Source: a virus
Taxonomy: Duplodnaviria > Caudoviricetes
Length of the DNA stretch: 44,914 nucleotides
Virus record (IMG/VR): IMGVR_UViG_3300025267_000025
Location: 1 to 44,914 of that record
Reading direction: 5' to 3' (one strand)
In this document: piece after piece, positions 27,937 to 38,035 of the stretch
How the letters are laid out: the number at the start of each line of letters is the position of its first letter
Numbering within the stretch: the stretch's first letter is position 1
Notes under the pieces: model-generated
Database searches by the model: none
Told to the model about the DNA's origin: nothing
The model's input: the letters and a program-made list of their open reading frames with translations, nothing else
Position numbers and translations under genes: made by a program

Positions 27937-29954
27937 TAGTCCGCCCTCCTCCTAACTCCAGAGAAGTTCCGTTGCATCGAGCGTGCGGCCCTTCCGTGTC
28001 GTTGGAAATCAGCCTCGATCACCTCTATGATGTGCTCGGTCGATCCGTTGTTGTCTCGTTGCTGAGTCGATATGCGAGCGGACGAATTATTGTTGACAAC
28101 AATATTAGTCTGTCCGCCGCCATTCGGCACGACGCGGCTGGCCGTGAGCGGAACAATCGTTTCAGGGCCAGCTTCGCCGACTTGATAAGCCAGGCCTGGC
28201 ATGACCAATCCGCCACCGGACTTTCCGCCACCGAAGCCGCCACCGAAGCCGCTAACAAGCCCGTTCAGAATGCCGCCGAAGATTGCGCCGCCGAGACTGT
28301 CCTTGCCACCGAACAAGCCGCTCAGCGCGTCGCCTAGAACGCCTGACAAGAGGTCGCCGAGGCCACCGACAACTTGTCCAAGGGTGCTGTCCATGTCGAG
28401 GCCAAGCTGCTCTGCGACCGCCGAAATATCGCCGGATTCAACGAAGTCTTTGACGCCTTTCGCAAGAGCTTCTTCATGGTCCTTTGCCTCTTTATCCTTG
28501 GCCTCTTTGTCCTCTTCAGACTTCGCGTCTTTGATCCTTTGTGCTGCTTCGGCTCTCGCCTCAAACAGTTCATTGATGTATTCTTCGGCTTCGGCCTGAG
28601 CCTTGGCTTCATCAATGCCGAGAGAACGAAGCGTTGAGATCGTGTCCATCAACTCAAGTTGGCGGGTGAGTTTCTCTGCCAACTCATCGTTCTCTTCAAG
28701 TTCAGCAATGCGAAGCTCTTGCCTAATCCTCAGCTTCTCAAGCAACTCCTCTTGAGACTGATTGTATGTATCGGCAGCTTCCTTTTCGGTCTTGGCCGTT
28801 TCAAGACGAACCTTGGCTTCATCAGACCTTTTCTTATTCGTCTCTTCAGCAACTTCTTCTGCTTCAGCGCGGGCTTCGATTTCAAGCTGAGTCTGTTCAG
28901 CAATCTGAGCCTGAATCTCGGCTCGCTCGCGCTCAATCTCAACAAGCCGCTTGGCGTTTTCTTCTTTGCGTTTGTCAAGATTTTCGGCACCGAAGGCGTT
29001 GGGGTACTTGACGTCACCCGTCAAAGTGATCCGTGCTCGGAAGGCACCACGATCATTCGTAAGCTGTTCGTTCTCTCGCGTCAGCTGACGTTGTTCCGTG
29101 GCCAGAGCAGTATCGCGGCCCGAAAGGGTTGTAGTATCCTCAAGAGCGCGGGAAAGCAAGAAGTCTCTCGACTTGGTGATGACGTCATCGAAGGCTTCGG
29201 CAACAAGATCAAGCTCATCAGAATAAGCAGCAAGGGCAGTTACGCCGACGCCATTGAGACTGTCAAACAGTTTGGTGAACTTTTGGTTGGCTTCTTCGGC
29301 AGATTGGATGAGAGACTCATCCATGATCCGCCCCGTGTCTTCCATCTCATCGCCGAACCTTTGAAGATAGCCTTCGCCTTTCTCGAAAAGCTCAATCAAT
29401 TCGTTCCCGCGCCCACCGAAGATTTGGGCTGCGAGAGCCGCCGCCCGCTGTTCGTCGTTGAGGCTCGCTAGCGCGTCCGTAATCTTGATGAACTTCTGAT
29501 CGACCGTGAGGCCGGCCAATTCTTCCATCTTGATTCCAAGCTGGTTGAGCGCTTCGAAGCCTTCGCCGGTTCCATATTCGGCAGCCTCGCCGAGCTTTTC
29601 ATTCAAGTCGATAAACAGGTCACGAACTTCAATCGTGCCGTCGCCGATCCGAGACAAGGCAAGATCAAGCTTTTGGTAGCCCTGAGCGGACGCGCCGACT
29701 GATCGGGAAAGTTTCGCAATCTCTGAACCCTGTTTTATCATCGCGAGGGTCGCCGCTCCCGCCGAAGCCGCGAGGCCCGCGAGCGCGACCCCTCCCGCGC
29801 GTCCGAGCCTCCCGAGCGAGCCCTCCGCGAGGCCCGCGCGGGTTTCGACATCGCGAAGGGCCGTCGAGACGCTTTCCGCCGCGCCGGACATTTGTTTGCG
29901 AAATTTCGAGACTTCAGCGTCAAGAACAACCTTGACTTTTTCAACTACCGCCAT
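27936..29954 (-). CDS. Tape measure protein
   Basis: Helical Ala/Glu-rich; C-terminal GG.V.PG..Y.VGE.GPE. Confidence 0.88.
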   Translation of the reverse strand: MAVVEKVKVVLDAEVSKFRKQMSGAAESVSTALRDVETRAGLAEGSLGRLGRAGGVALAGLAASAGAATLAMIKQGSEIAKLSRSVGASAQGYQKLDLALSRIGDGTIEVRDLFIDLNEKLGEAAEYGTGEGFEALNQLGIKMEELAGLTVDQKFIKITDALASLNDEQRAAALAAQIFGGRGNELIELFEKGEGYLQRFGDEMEDTGRIMDESLIQSAEEANQKFTKLFDSLNGVGVTALAAYSDELDLVAEAFDDVITKSRDFLLSRALEDTTTLSGRDTALATEQRQLTRENEQLTNDRGAFRARITLTGDVKYPNAFGAENLDKRKEENAKRLVEIERERAEIQAQIAEQTQLEIEARAEAEEVAEETNKKRSDEAKVRLETAKTEKEAADTYNQSQEELLEKLRIRQELRIAELEENDELAEKLTRQLELMDTISTLRSLGIDEAKAQAEAEEYINELFEARAEAAQRIKDAKSEEDKEAKDKEAKDHEEALAKGVKDFVESGDISAVAEQLGLDMDSTLGQVVGGLGDLLSGVLGDALSGLFGGKDSLGGAIFGGILNGLVSGFGGGFGGGKSGGGLVMPGLAYQVGEAGPETIVPLTASRVVPNGGGQTNIVVNNNSSARISTQQRDNNGSTEHIIEVIEADFQRHGRAARSMQRNFSGVRRRAD

Positions 29955-30195
29955 CCTTGACGCCTCTCGTTTTCACCATTTCAGATATACGCCGATGCTC
30001 CTCAATTTCTTGGTCCGTGATCGGACTGTTCGGGGCATCGCGCTCGTGACGCCTTCTGTGGCCTTCAAACATCGCAGTGTATTCGTACCACGTCAACGCA
30101 AGAACGTCTTTGGGCCTTGATATTCCGAACACGGAGCAATTGGCGTAAATAGTCGGGAGGCAGAAGAACTTTGTTCCGCCGCCTCCCCCTTTCAA
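29941..30195 (-). CDS. Tail assembly chaperone, frameshift (T) part
   Basis: Lies in the -1 frame after the chaperone; LTW.EY motif. Confidence 0.65.
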   Translation of the reverse strand: MKGGGGGTKFFCLPTIYANCSVFGISRPKDVLALTWYEYTAMFEGHRRRHERDAPNSPITDQEIEEHRRISEMVKTRGVKDGGS

Positions 30196-30569
30196 TTTGG
30201 GTCCGCAGTCTCCTGACGGGCCTTCGTGGTCTCATCGGCATAGCCAACAAGAGCGACCTTGGCGACCGCCTGGGCGTATGTCGAGAACCAAGAGAGGGGC
30301 TTGCCCTCTTGATGAGCATTGAACAGATCACGGATGGCTTTCGGTTCCATCCCGCCCGATTCAAGAGCGTTGATCATAACGCTCTTTGCCCAGAGTATCT
30401 TCCACGACTGGTTGATAGCGAGGGCCGTGATGACCTTCTGAATCGGCTCACCCGTATCATTCTCGATGCGGAGCATTGCGCCAATATCGACCTTGAACGT
30501 CCTTTCTTCACCACAGAAGAAAAGATCAATCTGGTTCGGATGCCAGTTTTGATTTCGGAAGTTCATCAC
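30192..30569 (-). CDS. Tail assembly chaperone (G)
   Basis: Between tail tube and TMP; ends in a slippery site. Confidence 0.7.
   Translation of the reverse strand: MMNFRNQNWHPNQIDLFFCGEERTFKVDIGAMLRIENDTGEPIQKVITALAINQSWKILWAKSVMINALESGGMEPKAIRDLFNAHQEGKPLSWFSTYAQAVAKVALVGYADETTKARQETADPN
30195..30201 (-). other. -1 programmed ribosomal frameshift site C-CCA-AAT
   Basis: XXXYYYZ heptamer in the correct phase just before TGA; -1 frame continues into 29941-30195. Confidence 0.75.
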
Positions 30570-31018
30570 GCGGGCAGATCGGTTGCGTCTTTCGGCGAGC
30601 CAGCATCGTTCAGGACGCCTTCAATCGTCACTCGAACTACATCTCCACGCGTCGCTGCAACAGTAAGGTTGTTGATGACGAGTTTGCCCCTGTAGCTCAT
30701 GAGTAGGCCAGATGTTTCGTCTGCGGGGTTCTCAAACGACTCAACAACAACGGAGCCTTGCTCAACCCTGTCCCGCCACATAAGGAACAGCATCTTGAAC
30801 TCTTCAGCGGACATCACGCCTGTTGCGCTGATGGTCGCTTTTTGGTTCTGGGCAACCTCAAGAGTTTCGCCCGGCCTGCTGAAATCTGTGCAGTCAGGGA
30901 AGTTGTATTCAGAAGTAGAAGTCTGAGCACTCAAAGTGATGTCTTGAAGAGAGCACACCTTGTCTTGGCCAAAACGAATGAACGTCTTGCCTGGAGCGAT
31001 ACCGCGAATAACGGCCAT
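30566..31018 (-). CDS. Major tail tube protein
   Basis: Position; ISATG and Y.GK..I..L.V beta-strand pattern. Confidence 0.7.
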   Translation of the reverse strand: MAVIRGIAPGKTFIRFGQDKVCSLQDITLSAQTSTSEYNFPDCTDFSRPGETLEVAQNQKATISATGVMSAEEFKMLFLMWRDRVEQGSVVVESFENPADETSGLLMSYRGKLVINNLTVAATRGDVVRVTIEGVLNDAGSPKDATDLPA

Positions 31019-31446
31019 TATGATTTTCCTTTCATTGCTAACGCTCGGAAGTCAACACTTCCGTACCAAGAGGATTTGACCTCATCAACGGAAACGCGCG
31101 TGCCTTCCGTATACGTGTTTGTCAGATCGGCGCCGGATGGGAGGCGCTTGTGAGCGATTGACAGGAACTGGCCGATGACAACATCCATGACTTTTCTAGC
31201 CTTCGCCGAATCATCCGCGTAACAGATGAACTCAAACTCGACATTGAACGTCAGGAAGCAAACCTCATCGTCAACTTCCGTGGACGGATTAAGAATGACG
31301 CAATACGGTCGGCTCGGTGCGCCTTCGGCGACGCCTTGATAAAGACGCCCTCCCGTCAGACTGATGAACTCTTGATTCTTGGACAGCAGCGAAACAAGAT
31401 AGTTCGTAACTTCCGAAGCAACATCCGTGTGCGGAATGTTTGACAT
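31018..31446 (-). CDS. Tail terminator (DUF3168-like)
   Basis: GRLY...AP..PY.V motif; position. Confidence 0.65.
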   Translation of the reverse strand: MSNIPHTDVASEVTNYLVSLLSKNQEFISLTGGRLYQGVAEGAPSRPYCVILNPSTEVDDEVCFLTFNVEFEFICYADDSAKARKVMDVVIGQFLSIAHKRLPSGADLTNTYTEGTRVSVDEVKSSWYGSVDFRALAMKGKS

Positions 31447-31646
31447 CAGGCGCTTTCAATGTCCAGCTGCTCGCCCTCGATTGGCTCAGCGTAACCTTCG
31501 TCAATCGCGCGTTGCGCCATCGAGCGCCATTCGTCCGTATCAGGAACTTCCTGGGCACCTTCGAGAAACTCATACACGGGAGGGTTTGCTTTGCCCGGCT
31601 TGCGCTGTCCATGGCGCCGGAAATACTTGTTCACTTTGATTTTCAT
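31446..31646 (-). CDS. Small hypothetical protein
   Basis: AGGAGG RBS; overlaps both neighbours. Confidence 0.6.
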   Translation of the reverse strand: MKIKVNKYFRRHGQRKPGKANPPVYEFLEGAQEVPDTDEWRSMAQRAIDEGYAEPIEGEQLDIESA

Positions 31647-32062
31647 TTCGTCCTCCTAAGGAACTTCTTGAGTGCCTTATCGGCAAGCTTCTCGACACGG
31701 TTTCCAAGACGTTTGGCTGCCGGCTCCATGTATGGCCTTTTCTTCATTCGCCTTGTTCCCTCTTCAAGAGCAAGAGCGTAGTTGGCCGATGGAGAGCCCG
31801 CCGTGACTTCGTATGTCAGGCGTCCTTTCTTGACTACTTGTATAGAGTTCTTGAGTGCGCCAGTGTCATTGTTCGGCGGTTCGCCCGGCTTGCTCGGAAT
31901 ATGACCGGCGCCTGAGACTGATCCTTCCGTGATCGAACGAATCACGTCAGCCTTCAATTCGTCCGCTGCGACGAAGGCGATTTGGCCTGCCAACTTCGGC
32001 GACTTCCTTGCGACTGCTTGAAGCTTTCTCGACACGCGGTCGCCGCCGACAACTTTGACCAT
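31643..32062 (-). CDS. HK97 gp10-like tail completion protein
   Basis: S.PGEPP..DTGAL..SI, YA..LE.GT..M..RPY..PA. Confidence 0.85.
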   Translation of the reverse strand: MVKVVGGDRVSRKLQAVARKSPKLAGQIAFVAADELKADVIRSITEGSVSGAGHIPSKPGEPPNNDTGALKNSIQVVKKGRLTYEVTAGSPSANYALALEEGTRRMKKRPYMEPAAKRLGNRVEKLADKALKKFLRRTK

Positions 32063-32586
32063 TACGCCTCCAGGACGTTGAACCGAATGCGTTGTGAAGG
32101 ATCGCCATACGTTCCGTGGACGGACACGTCAACGCCTTCTTGCGTCGAGAGCGTGGAACCGCTCATCGTCGCCGCTTCGAGTTCAATGGGCACGGAAGAT
32201 TTATCAACAACCCTCAGATCAGCCGAGAAGTATGAGCGGAGAGGATCGGACGCAGCAGAGATTATCTCATGGCGGTTCCCGATCCGGTCAATGATGATTC
32301 CGCCTAGATCGTCAATTGACTCAACGTCAATCGTGATGCCCGCAGCTTCGGCTTCGGCATTGAGTGGTTTCAAGAGGACGATGAAGCGCGGCTGAAGGGC
32401 CGTCTTGCCACTCGACACGTCGGTGAACTTTCGCGGACTGTCCTGGTATTGAATAGGCAGTGGATCGTGATACGAATATACGACTTGCGCTTGTTCGTTC
32501 ACGGACTTGATTGGGAGAAGGATCGTGCCCGAATTGTATTCGTCATCGAGAACGTCCGTTATCAGATCAGCAATATCTTCGAGCAT
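32062..32586 (-). CDS. Putative head-closure protein
   Basis: Position after the adaptor; TGATG coupling at 32586. Confidence 0.5.
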   Translation of the reverse strand: MLEDIADLITDVLDDEYNSGTILLPIKSVNEQAQVVYSYHDPLPIQYQDSPRKFTDVSSGKTALQPRFIVLLKPLNAEAEAAGITIDVESIDDLGGIIIDRIGNRHEIISAASDPLRSYFSADLRVVDKSSVPIELEAATMSGSTLSTQEGVDVSVHGTYGDPSQRIRFNVLEA

Positions 32587-32954
32587 CAGACCAATATGCC
32601 TCCAGAAGCCCTCAAGCGATTCAACAAATCCCAAAGCTCGGAGCCATATCGGCTTGAAGAAAGGCTTGATTGCGCATCTCCAGATTTGCTAGGTGGGCGG
32701 AACGAAAGCGAGACTTCGCCAGACTTGAAGCTAGAAAGCCCCTCGACTGATTTGGCGTGTCTTGATCCGCCCTTTGTCTGTCCACGGAGGAACAGAAGAT
32801 GGGCCGTCAGCAAAGCCTTGGCCCTTTCTTCATAATCGCCGAGACCAGCCACCAAAGGGTCGCCGTCGGCATCAGCGATAGCCGAAGCCAAGATTGCTCC
32901 GTCCACAGATGAAAACTCAGGGAACCTTGTGGTGACTGACTCAGCGGTTATCAT
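32586..32954 (-). CDS. Head-tail adaptor (DUF4054-like)
   Basis: RFPEF, L.AH.L, G.VS.SF, S.YG. Confidence 0.8.
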   Translation of the reverse strand: MITAESVTTRFPEFSSVDGAILASAIADADGDPLVAGLGDYEERAKALLTAHLLFLRGQTKGGSRHAKSVEGLSSFKSGEVSLSFRPPSKSGDAQSSLSSSRYGSELWDLLNRLRASGGILV

Positions 32955-33310
32955 TACTCGCCGCCTCCTGCGACTTGCGACTCAAGCGTGGCAACCTTCG
33001 CCTTGAGTTCTTCATTCTCCTCCTTGAGCCCTTCATTCTCCTGGCGGAGCAATTCGAGTTCAGGATCAGCTTCGCCATTGGCCGTCCGTGAGCGCTGCTC
33101 TTTGACGTCCAAACCGCCTTCGGTCAGTTGGCCGCTATCCAGCATGGCCTTGACTACGGGATTGTCCGTGTCAAGACCGCCTTCAACTTCGGCCTCCTGG
33201 CGAGGACCAATCGAGACAACCTCATTGTTCGTAGTCAGAACATTGACAGCATTCTTGCCGTTGTTGCCGTAAGTCGTCTTGGACGTGTTGCGGGTTTTCT
33301 TGTTGGCCAT
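32954..33310 (-). CDS. Hypothetical virion protein with C-terminal coiled coil
   Basis: Follows the capsid gene, coupled on both sides. Confidence 0.65.
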   Translation of the reverse strand: MANKKTRNTSKTTYGNNGKNAVNVLTTNNEVVSIGPRQEAEVEGGLDTDNPVVKAMLDSGQLTEGGLDVKEQRSRTANGEADPELELLRQENEGLKEENEELKAKVATLESQVAGGGE

Positions 33311-34233
33311 TACGCGCCGTCTCCATATTGCGCCATCGCGGGCTTGTGGAAGTCAACGGTGCCGACACGCATGATGCCGGGAACCTTGAAGTGAAGAGCA
33401 CCGTCCTGGTACGGATCAAGAAGACGGAAGGGCATCGGCATCTGGAGGCTGACGACGCTTTCGTCATTCGTGTACGCTACGATCCGCCGAGTGCCGCCTG
33501 CGCCCGCCGTTTCGAGACGACGATCCGCGCGGATGGTCAGGGGCTGGCCCGTGAACATCGTGTAGGCGTTGTTCTCCCGGTAGTGCTGGAGGACGGTGAT
33601 TTGCGTGTCGCCGATCCGCGTCCGGTTCGCCAGGAAGGCGAGTGAATACGGAAGGCACAGCGTATCAGCCATCGAGCCCGCGCCCATCTGGGTGTGCGAG
33701 TTCAACAGAAGCGAATCAAGGTCGCTCACCATCTCATCGCCGGTCTTCTGTTCCCAAAGCGGCGAAGCGCTGGCGCCGTTGACGACAGAAGCAACGGACA
33801 CGGACGGATCGTTGAAGAGGCCCGTTGCGCCGACCGAAGCGTTACCGACGAACACAAGGTCGTCAATGAAACGCTCGGAGGCTTCGCGAGCCGCCACACC
33901 ACGCTTGTCGGTGAGGTTGATGCCCATGCCGGAAGCGGCGAGGATTTCAAAGTAGCTGTATCCGTATCCAACGCCTGCGGAACGAATCATCGTATCCACG
34001 GAAGCGCGGAGCATGTCAACGGTGGGAATGTTGTCGTTATTCCCGCTGATGAACATCGCATGGCCAATATCCTTCTCAGTGAAGGTCTTGACCGTATCGG
34101 CAAACTCCGGCGCGGACGTGTCCACGGTGATGAAGTTCTGATACGTAATGTCCGGGTATTTGTGCCGGTATACGTTCGGGTTGATGATCGCTCGCTGCGA
34201 GTTCAAGAACGCGAGCGCCTGTTGATAGTTCAT
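33310..34233 (-). CDS. Major capsid protein (DUF2184 family)
   Basis: GY.Y...E...A...G..L, F.G......GL.N.P, L..AGAGGT.R.VAY, PMP. Confidence 0.9.
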   Translation of the reverse strand: MNYQQALAFLNSQRAIINPNVYRHKYPDITYQNFITVDTSAPEFADTVKTFTEKDIGHAMFISGNNDNIPTVDMLRASVDTMIRSAGVGYGYSYFEILAASGMGINLTDKRGVAAREASERFIDDLVFVGNASVGATGLFNDPSVSVASVVNGASASPLWEQKTGDEMVSDLDSLLLNSHTQMGAGSMADTLCLPYSLAFLANRTRIGDTQITVLQHYRENNAYTMFTGQPLTIRADRRLETAGAGGTRRIVAYTNDESVVSLQMPMPFRLLDPYQDGALHFKVPGIMRVGTVDFHKPAMAQYGDGA

Positions 34234-34254
34234 GATTTCTCCTTGGTCAGAGTA

Positions 34255-34686
34255 TTAGCTGAGACGGACCATCACGATGCCATCGGTCGCGGCAGTCGCG
34301 AACTCGGCGCCTGAGAGGGTGTTGGTTCCGGCAGCGGCGAACGTTCCGTCATCATTGAAGGTAACAGGATCGCCAGGGACAACGGAGCCAGCAATCTCAA
34401 CATAGACAGTGCCCGTCGTAATGACATCGGCAAGATAGTCGTTGGGGTATTGGTCCGTGTTCGTCTCAGGAACTTCCTTGGCCTGAACGCTGATGCCAGC
34501 CGGTCGCCGAGCGGCAGCCATGGGCTGGAAGGTGTTGGTCGCATCGCCATGGGCCGTCACGACGCCGAACGCAAGCGGGCCGTTCTTGACGACTGCGCTC
34601 ACGATATTGGATTTCTCCGTGGTCGCGATTTGGCCGGGAACGCCGATGGGCGGTGCGCTGGTGTAGTCAGTTTGAAGAGCGGGCAT
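34255..34686 (-). CDS. Capsid decoration/cement protein
   Basis: 143 aa upstream of the capsid; FG, G.VYV, GDPV motifs. Confidence 0.7.
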   Translation of the reverse strand: MPALQTDYTSAPPIGVPGQIATTEKSNIVSAVVKNGPLAFGVVTAHGDATNTFQPMAAARRPAGISVQAKEVPETNTDQYPNDYLADVITTGTVYVEIAGSVVPGDPVTFNDDGTFAAAGTNTLSGAEFATAATDGIVMVRLS

Positions 34687-35873
34687 TATTTACCTCCATT
34701 GTAAGATTGGATCATTTCCAAACGGGCCTTCTCGGATTCATCCGTGACCGAATCAAATCCTTCCGTGGGCGTCCCGCCTGCGGCGTCGTCTTCTTCAGTC
34801 GTCGTCGTGTAGCTGGAAGTCGTCGTCTGCTTACGGACAACCTTCATGTCATCGAAGATGCCGCGCAGATAGTCAGACGACTTGTCTTTCACGGCGTCTG
34901 CGCCCTTGCGAGCCTCGACAACCTTGCGCACTATTTCGTCCGCGTCCAGACCTTTGAGGTCAACCTTGGGCGCGACCTCTTTGGCCTTCGTCCGCACACT
35001 GTCGAGTTTCGTCAGCTCAGCTTCCAGCTGATCTTTCGGGACGGCGCCTTCAAGCTCTTTTAGCTGGTTGTCTTTCTCGTCAACCGAGCCTTGAAGCTTT
35101 TCGACTTGCGATTGCAAATCCTTGAGCTTTGTTTCGGCTTGAGCGAGAGTATCCTTGGCTTCGGCCAACTTGTCATCGCGCTCTTTGAGTGCCTTGTCGA
35201 TGAACTGTTGGGCGCTGGAAGCCGGGACGGACATGCCGTCAATAGTCACATTGTCCACTGGTTTTTCTCCTTGCACGTCCTTTTTGACTTGATGAACAGA
35301 CGGCCGGACGATATGGCGCGGCTGAACAAATTGGCCATCGATACAGGCTTGAGCGCCCGCACGACCGCGTGGAACGATTGCGACGTGATCGCCGATGATC
35401 TGTCTCTGGCGGGCGTCGTATTGCGTCCCGCACGGAGCAATGCCCTCGCCGATCTCAATCTGACAATCGTATCCGCATGACAGTTCCTTCTCACCTTTCT
35501 TCACCGCCTCGATGGCGTCCGAAGCTTTGACAATGAGAGGGACGTTGAAATACTCGCCGCTCTCGACTGTGACTCGGCCAAGGTTTTGGCTATCAACTTC
35601 GCCTACGGCGTATTTTTTCCAATTGTCCGCCGTCATCAGAACGGGCGGATGGCCGAGCGTCACAGGCACGCGAGCGAAGCTTGACATGCTGTCACGGTTG
35701 AACACTTCGTCCGTGGACCGATAAACCTTGACGATCCTGTCTTCATTGATGCCGATTTCTGGACCCCAGTAATCGTAAATGCCGTCTCGGCTGATGCGAG
35801 CGTTCGCGACCAGGAAGCCTTTACTAGTCAACTGGAATTGACCATCCATCAGCATTTCGTCTGAGAATAGCAT
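34686..35873 (-). CDS. DUF2213 prohead protease/scaffold protein
   Basis: G.Y.Y, VYR...EVF, PVT.GHP, ELS.GY, HVAIV.RGRAG; C-terminal coiled coil. Confidence 0.88.
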   Translation of the reverse strand: MLFSDEMLMDGQFQLTSKGFLVANARISRDGIYDYWGPEIGINEDRIVKVYRSTDEVFNRDSMSSFARVPVTLGHPPVLMTADNWKKYAVGEVDSQNLGRVTVESGEYFNVPLIVKASDAIEAVKKGEKELSCGYDCQIEIGEGIAPCGTQYDARQRQIIGDHVAIVPRGRAGAQACIDGQFVQPRHIVRPSVHQVKKDVQGEKPVDNVTIDGMSVPASSAQQFIDKALKERDDKLAEAKDTLAQAETKLKDLQSQVEKLQGSVDEKDNQLKELEGAVPKDQLEAELTKLDSVRTKAKEVAPKVDLKGLDADEIVRKVVEARKGADAVKDKSSDYLRGIFDDMKVVRKQTTTSSYTTTTEEDDAAGGTPTEGFDSVTDESEKARLEMIQSYNGGK

Positions 35874-36670
35874 TAGTTGATCCTTTCGCCATCAATCATC
35901 AAGACGGCTTTACTTGTGCAGCCACAGTTGATTTCTTCACCGGGGTGACCGCCGCTCGGCGGATCGTCCCATCTGAAAAGCTTTCCGTGACGCGCTTTGT
36001 GATCCTTGCGGAAGTTCGTCTTGCCCGAGTGGACCCATTCATACCAATCAATCTCGGCTTCTTCGTTCCGTTCACGGTTCAATCGAGCGTTGAGCTTGTT
36101 CGCCTGATCGTTGGCGATGTTCGTTGCCCGCTTGACCGTTGACCTGAGAGCCTTGTTGATTTGCTTCGTGGCTTCCGTCCGCGTTGACCTTCCGGTGAAC
36201 ACTTCGTACACGGCGTATTCAACCGACTTTCGAGCAGTGCTTGATATGTCTTTGATCAGGGACGTGTTGGCCTTTATGAGAGCCTTGACCTTTTCGTCTT
36301 TGGTCAAATCTTTCGTGAAGCCTTTTATGTCCGTGCCCGTCTTATTCTTGACGTCCTCTTGCCACTTCTCAGTGTGCCATCCGATGGTCTTGGTGAACCA
36401 ATTTTCGAGGTCGGCAACCAAGACGCGAATGAGAACTCCTGCGCCTTTCTCGGCTCGGTCAAACTCATTCTCGGCGCCCTCGATGCTGTCCGTGGTCGGA
36501 AGCTCTTGGAGAATTTGATCGGCGTAGACTTCCTGCCAATAATAGACAGTGCGCAGATAAATCGCCCTCAGCTCAGCCTTCTGTCGCTTGGTGAGGACGA
36601 TCCTGTTGAACTTGATTCGGTCGCGTCGAGACTTCTTGACTGTGAGCGTCTTGGCAAGATTGAAAGACAT
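35873..36670 (-). CDS. Head morphogenesis protein (SPP1 gp7/Mu F family)
   Basis: RA..IA.DQ..K, R..H....GK.F.WD.PP..GHPG.EINC.C. Confidence 0.88.
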   Translation of the reverse strand: MSFNLAKTLTVKKSRRDRIKFNRIVLTKRQKAELRAIYLRTVYYWQEVYADQILQELPTTDSIEGAENEFDRAEKGAGVLIRVLVADLENWFTKTIGWHTEKWQEDVKNKTGTDIKGFTKDLTKDEKVKALIKANTSLIKDISSTARKSVEYAVYEVFTGRSTRTEATKQINKALRSTVKRATNIANDQANKLNARLNRERNEEAEIDWYEWVHSGKTNFRKDHKARHGKLFRWDDPPSGGHPGEEINCGCTSKAVLMIDGERIN

Positions 36671-36673
36671 TCA

Positions 36674-38035
36674 TCATTCCTCAGTCTCTTCTGCTTCCTC
36701 CTCATCGTCTTCATCTTCGTCTTCTTCAACCGGAAGGTTGCCGATGCCCGAGACGTCAACCGATGACTCATATTCTTCGTAAACGGACTTCATTGCTTGT
36801 CCGTGATCGGACGAAAGCATGACCTCTTTCACGAACGCCTCGCCAATCTCATCCGGCATCGCGCCCGAAGTGTAGTAGTTCTTAAACACCTCAGACTTGG
36901 CCTTTTCCGTCTCGGCAATTTCCTTCTCAGTCGGCTGCCATAGCGGAGGATACGACCAGTCGAGCTTCACGCTATCCGATCCAAACACATGGATGAACAA
37001 CGCTTCGTTCACGGAGTTAATCGCAGGCGTGATGTCGCGCTCACGAACACCGGAAAGTGAGTCAAAGTAATTCCTGATGTCACTTTCGCCTGTCGCCGAG
37101 AGGCCAGCAGGTGACATGCCGATAAGCTTCGTGGCCGGAATATCCGAAGCGCCCGCAACGTTCAAGAGGAGCGCATGGATGGCGCCGGGCAATCCGCCGA
37201 AGCTCATCGCGTGCCGCTTAATCTCATCCTTGCTGTCGATCAGAGTCAAGTTGGCGACGGACTGAAGAAGACGAACAAGGGACCAACGCTTGGTGACTTC
37301 GTCCTCTTTGCCTGCGATGATCTTCTTGTCAAGCCCCTCGATTGAAACAGCGTCGATGATCGCTTTGTGGAACATCTCAGAGAGGTTGCGAGACGCCGCC
37401 TCATACTGTTTGATGTAGGGAAGGATGGTCGCCAGTCGAGACGATCCCCAGCGCTTGTTCAAGTCCGTCGTATGAGAAAGGCTGGAGCCGAGTTCACAGA
37501 ATGACTCAAGAACAATGATCCGTGAACTGTGGATACGATGTTCCTTGTTCAGATCATCTTTGTAGATATAGAACTCTGATCTTCCGTATGCGTCGGAAGT
37601 GATATCACTGTCCGGCTTTTCGCGCTTGACACGATGCGAAGGAAGAACGTTGATTGCCGTAAGGCCGTCCTGTCCGAACGTCAGCTGCTCGCTAACGCCT
37701 TCGAGGTCCGTTGAATCTGACAAGAAAAGAATGCCAGCGCCGTATACATCCTGGTTCCGCTTGGCGTCTTGGAGCTTTTTGAGAATGTCGAATTGATCGT
37801 AAGCAGAGCTTATCCGCTCGATGACTTCCGCTTCGCCTTCCCATTCGATCCCTTCACGGAGCATATCTGCGATTGGAACGTCCACGACCTTTTGGGCCAG
37901 GCGCATCGTGTTATATGCGGTGACCGTTTCTTCAATCGTGGGCTTCTCGGCGTCGATGGTGATGCCTTGATTTGCGGTCGGCGCCGACTGTCCGGCAATC
38001 CGTTCAAAGAGGGTTTTGATGCCGTCGTTGATCAT
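36674..38035 (-). CDS. Portal protein (DUF1073 family)
   Basis: K.VD.P..DM.R, IH.SR, WG.S, IPAT.L.G.SP.GL.ATGE.D..NY.D. Confidence 0.9.
   Translation of the reverse strand: MINDGIKTLFERIAGQSAPTANQGITIDAEKPTIEETVTAYNTMRLAQKVVDVPIADMLREGIEWEGEAEVIERISSAYDQFDILKKLQDAKRNQDVYGAGILFLSDSTDLEGVSEQLTFGQDGLTAINVLPSHRVKREKPDSDITSDAYGRSEFYIYKDDLNKEHRIHSSRIIVLESFCELGSSLSHTTDLNKRWGSSRLATILPYIKQYEAASRNLSEMFHKAIIDAVSIEGLDKKIIAGKEDEVTKRWSLVRLLQSVANLTLIDSKDEIKRHAMSFGGLPGAIHALLLNVAGASDIPATKLIGMSPAGLSATGESDIRNYFDSLSGVRERDITPAINSVNEALFIHVFGSDSVKLDWSYPPLWQPTEKEIAETEKAKSEVFKNYYTSGAMPDEIGEAFVKEVMLSSDHGQAMKSVYEEYESSVDVSGIGNLPVEEDEDEDDEEEAEETEE

Noticed and set aside
36674-38035. Anti-CBASS (Acb1) label often attached to DUF1073 proteins
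   Set aside because: Position after terL, size and motifs indicate a portal.
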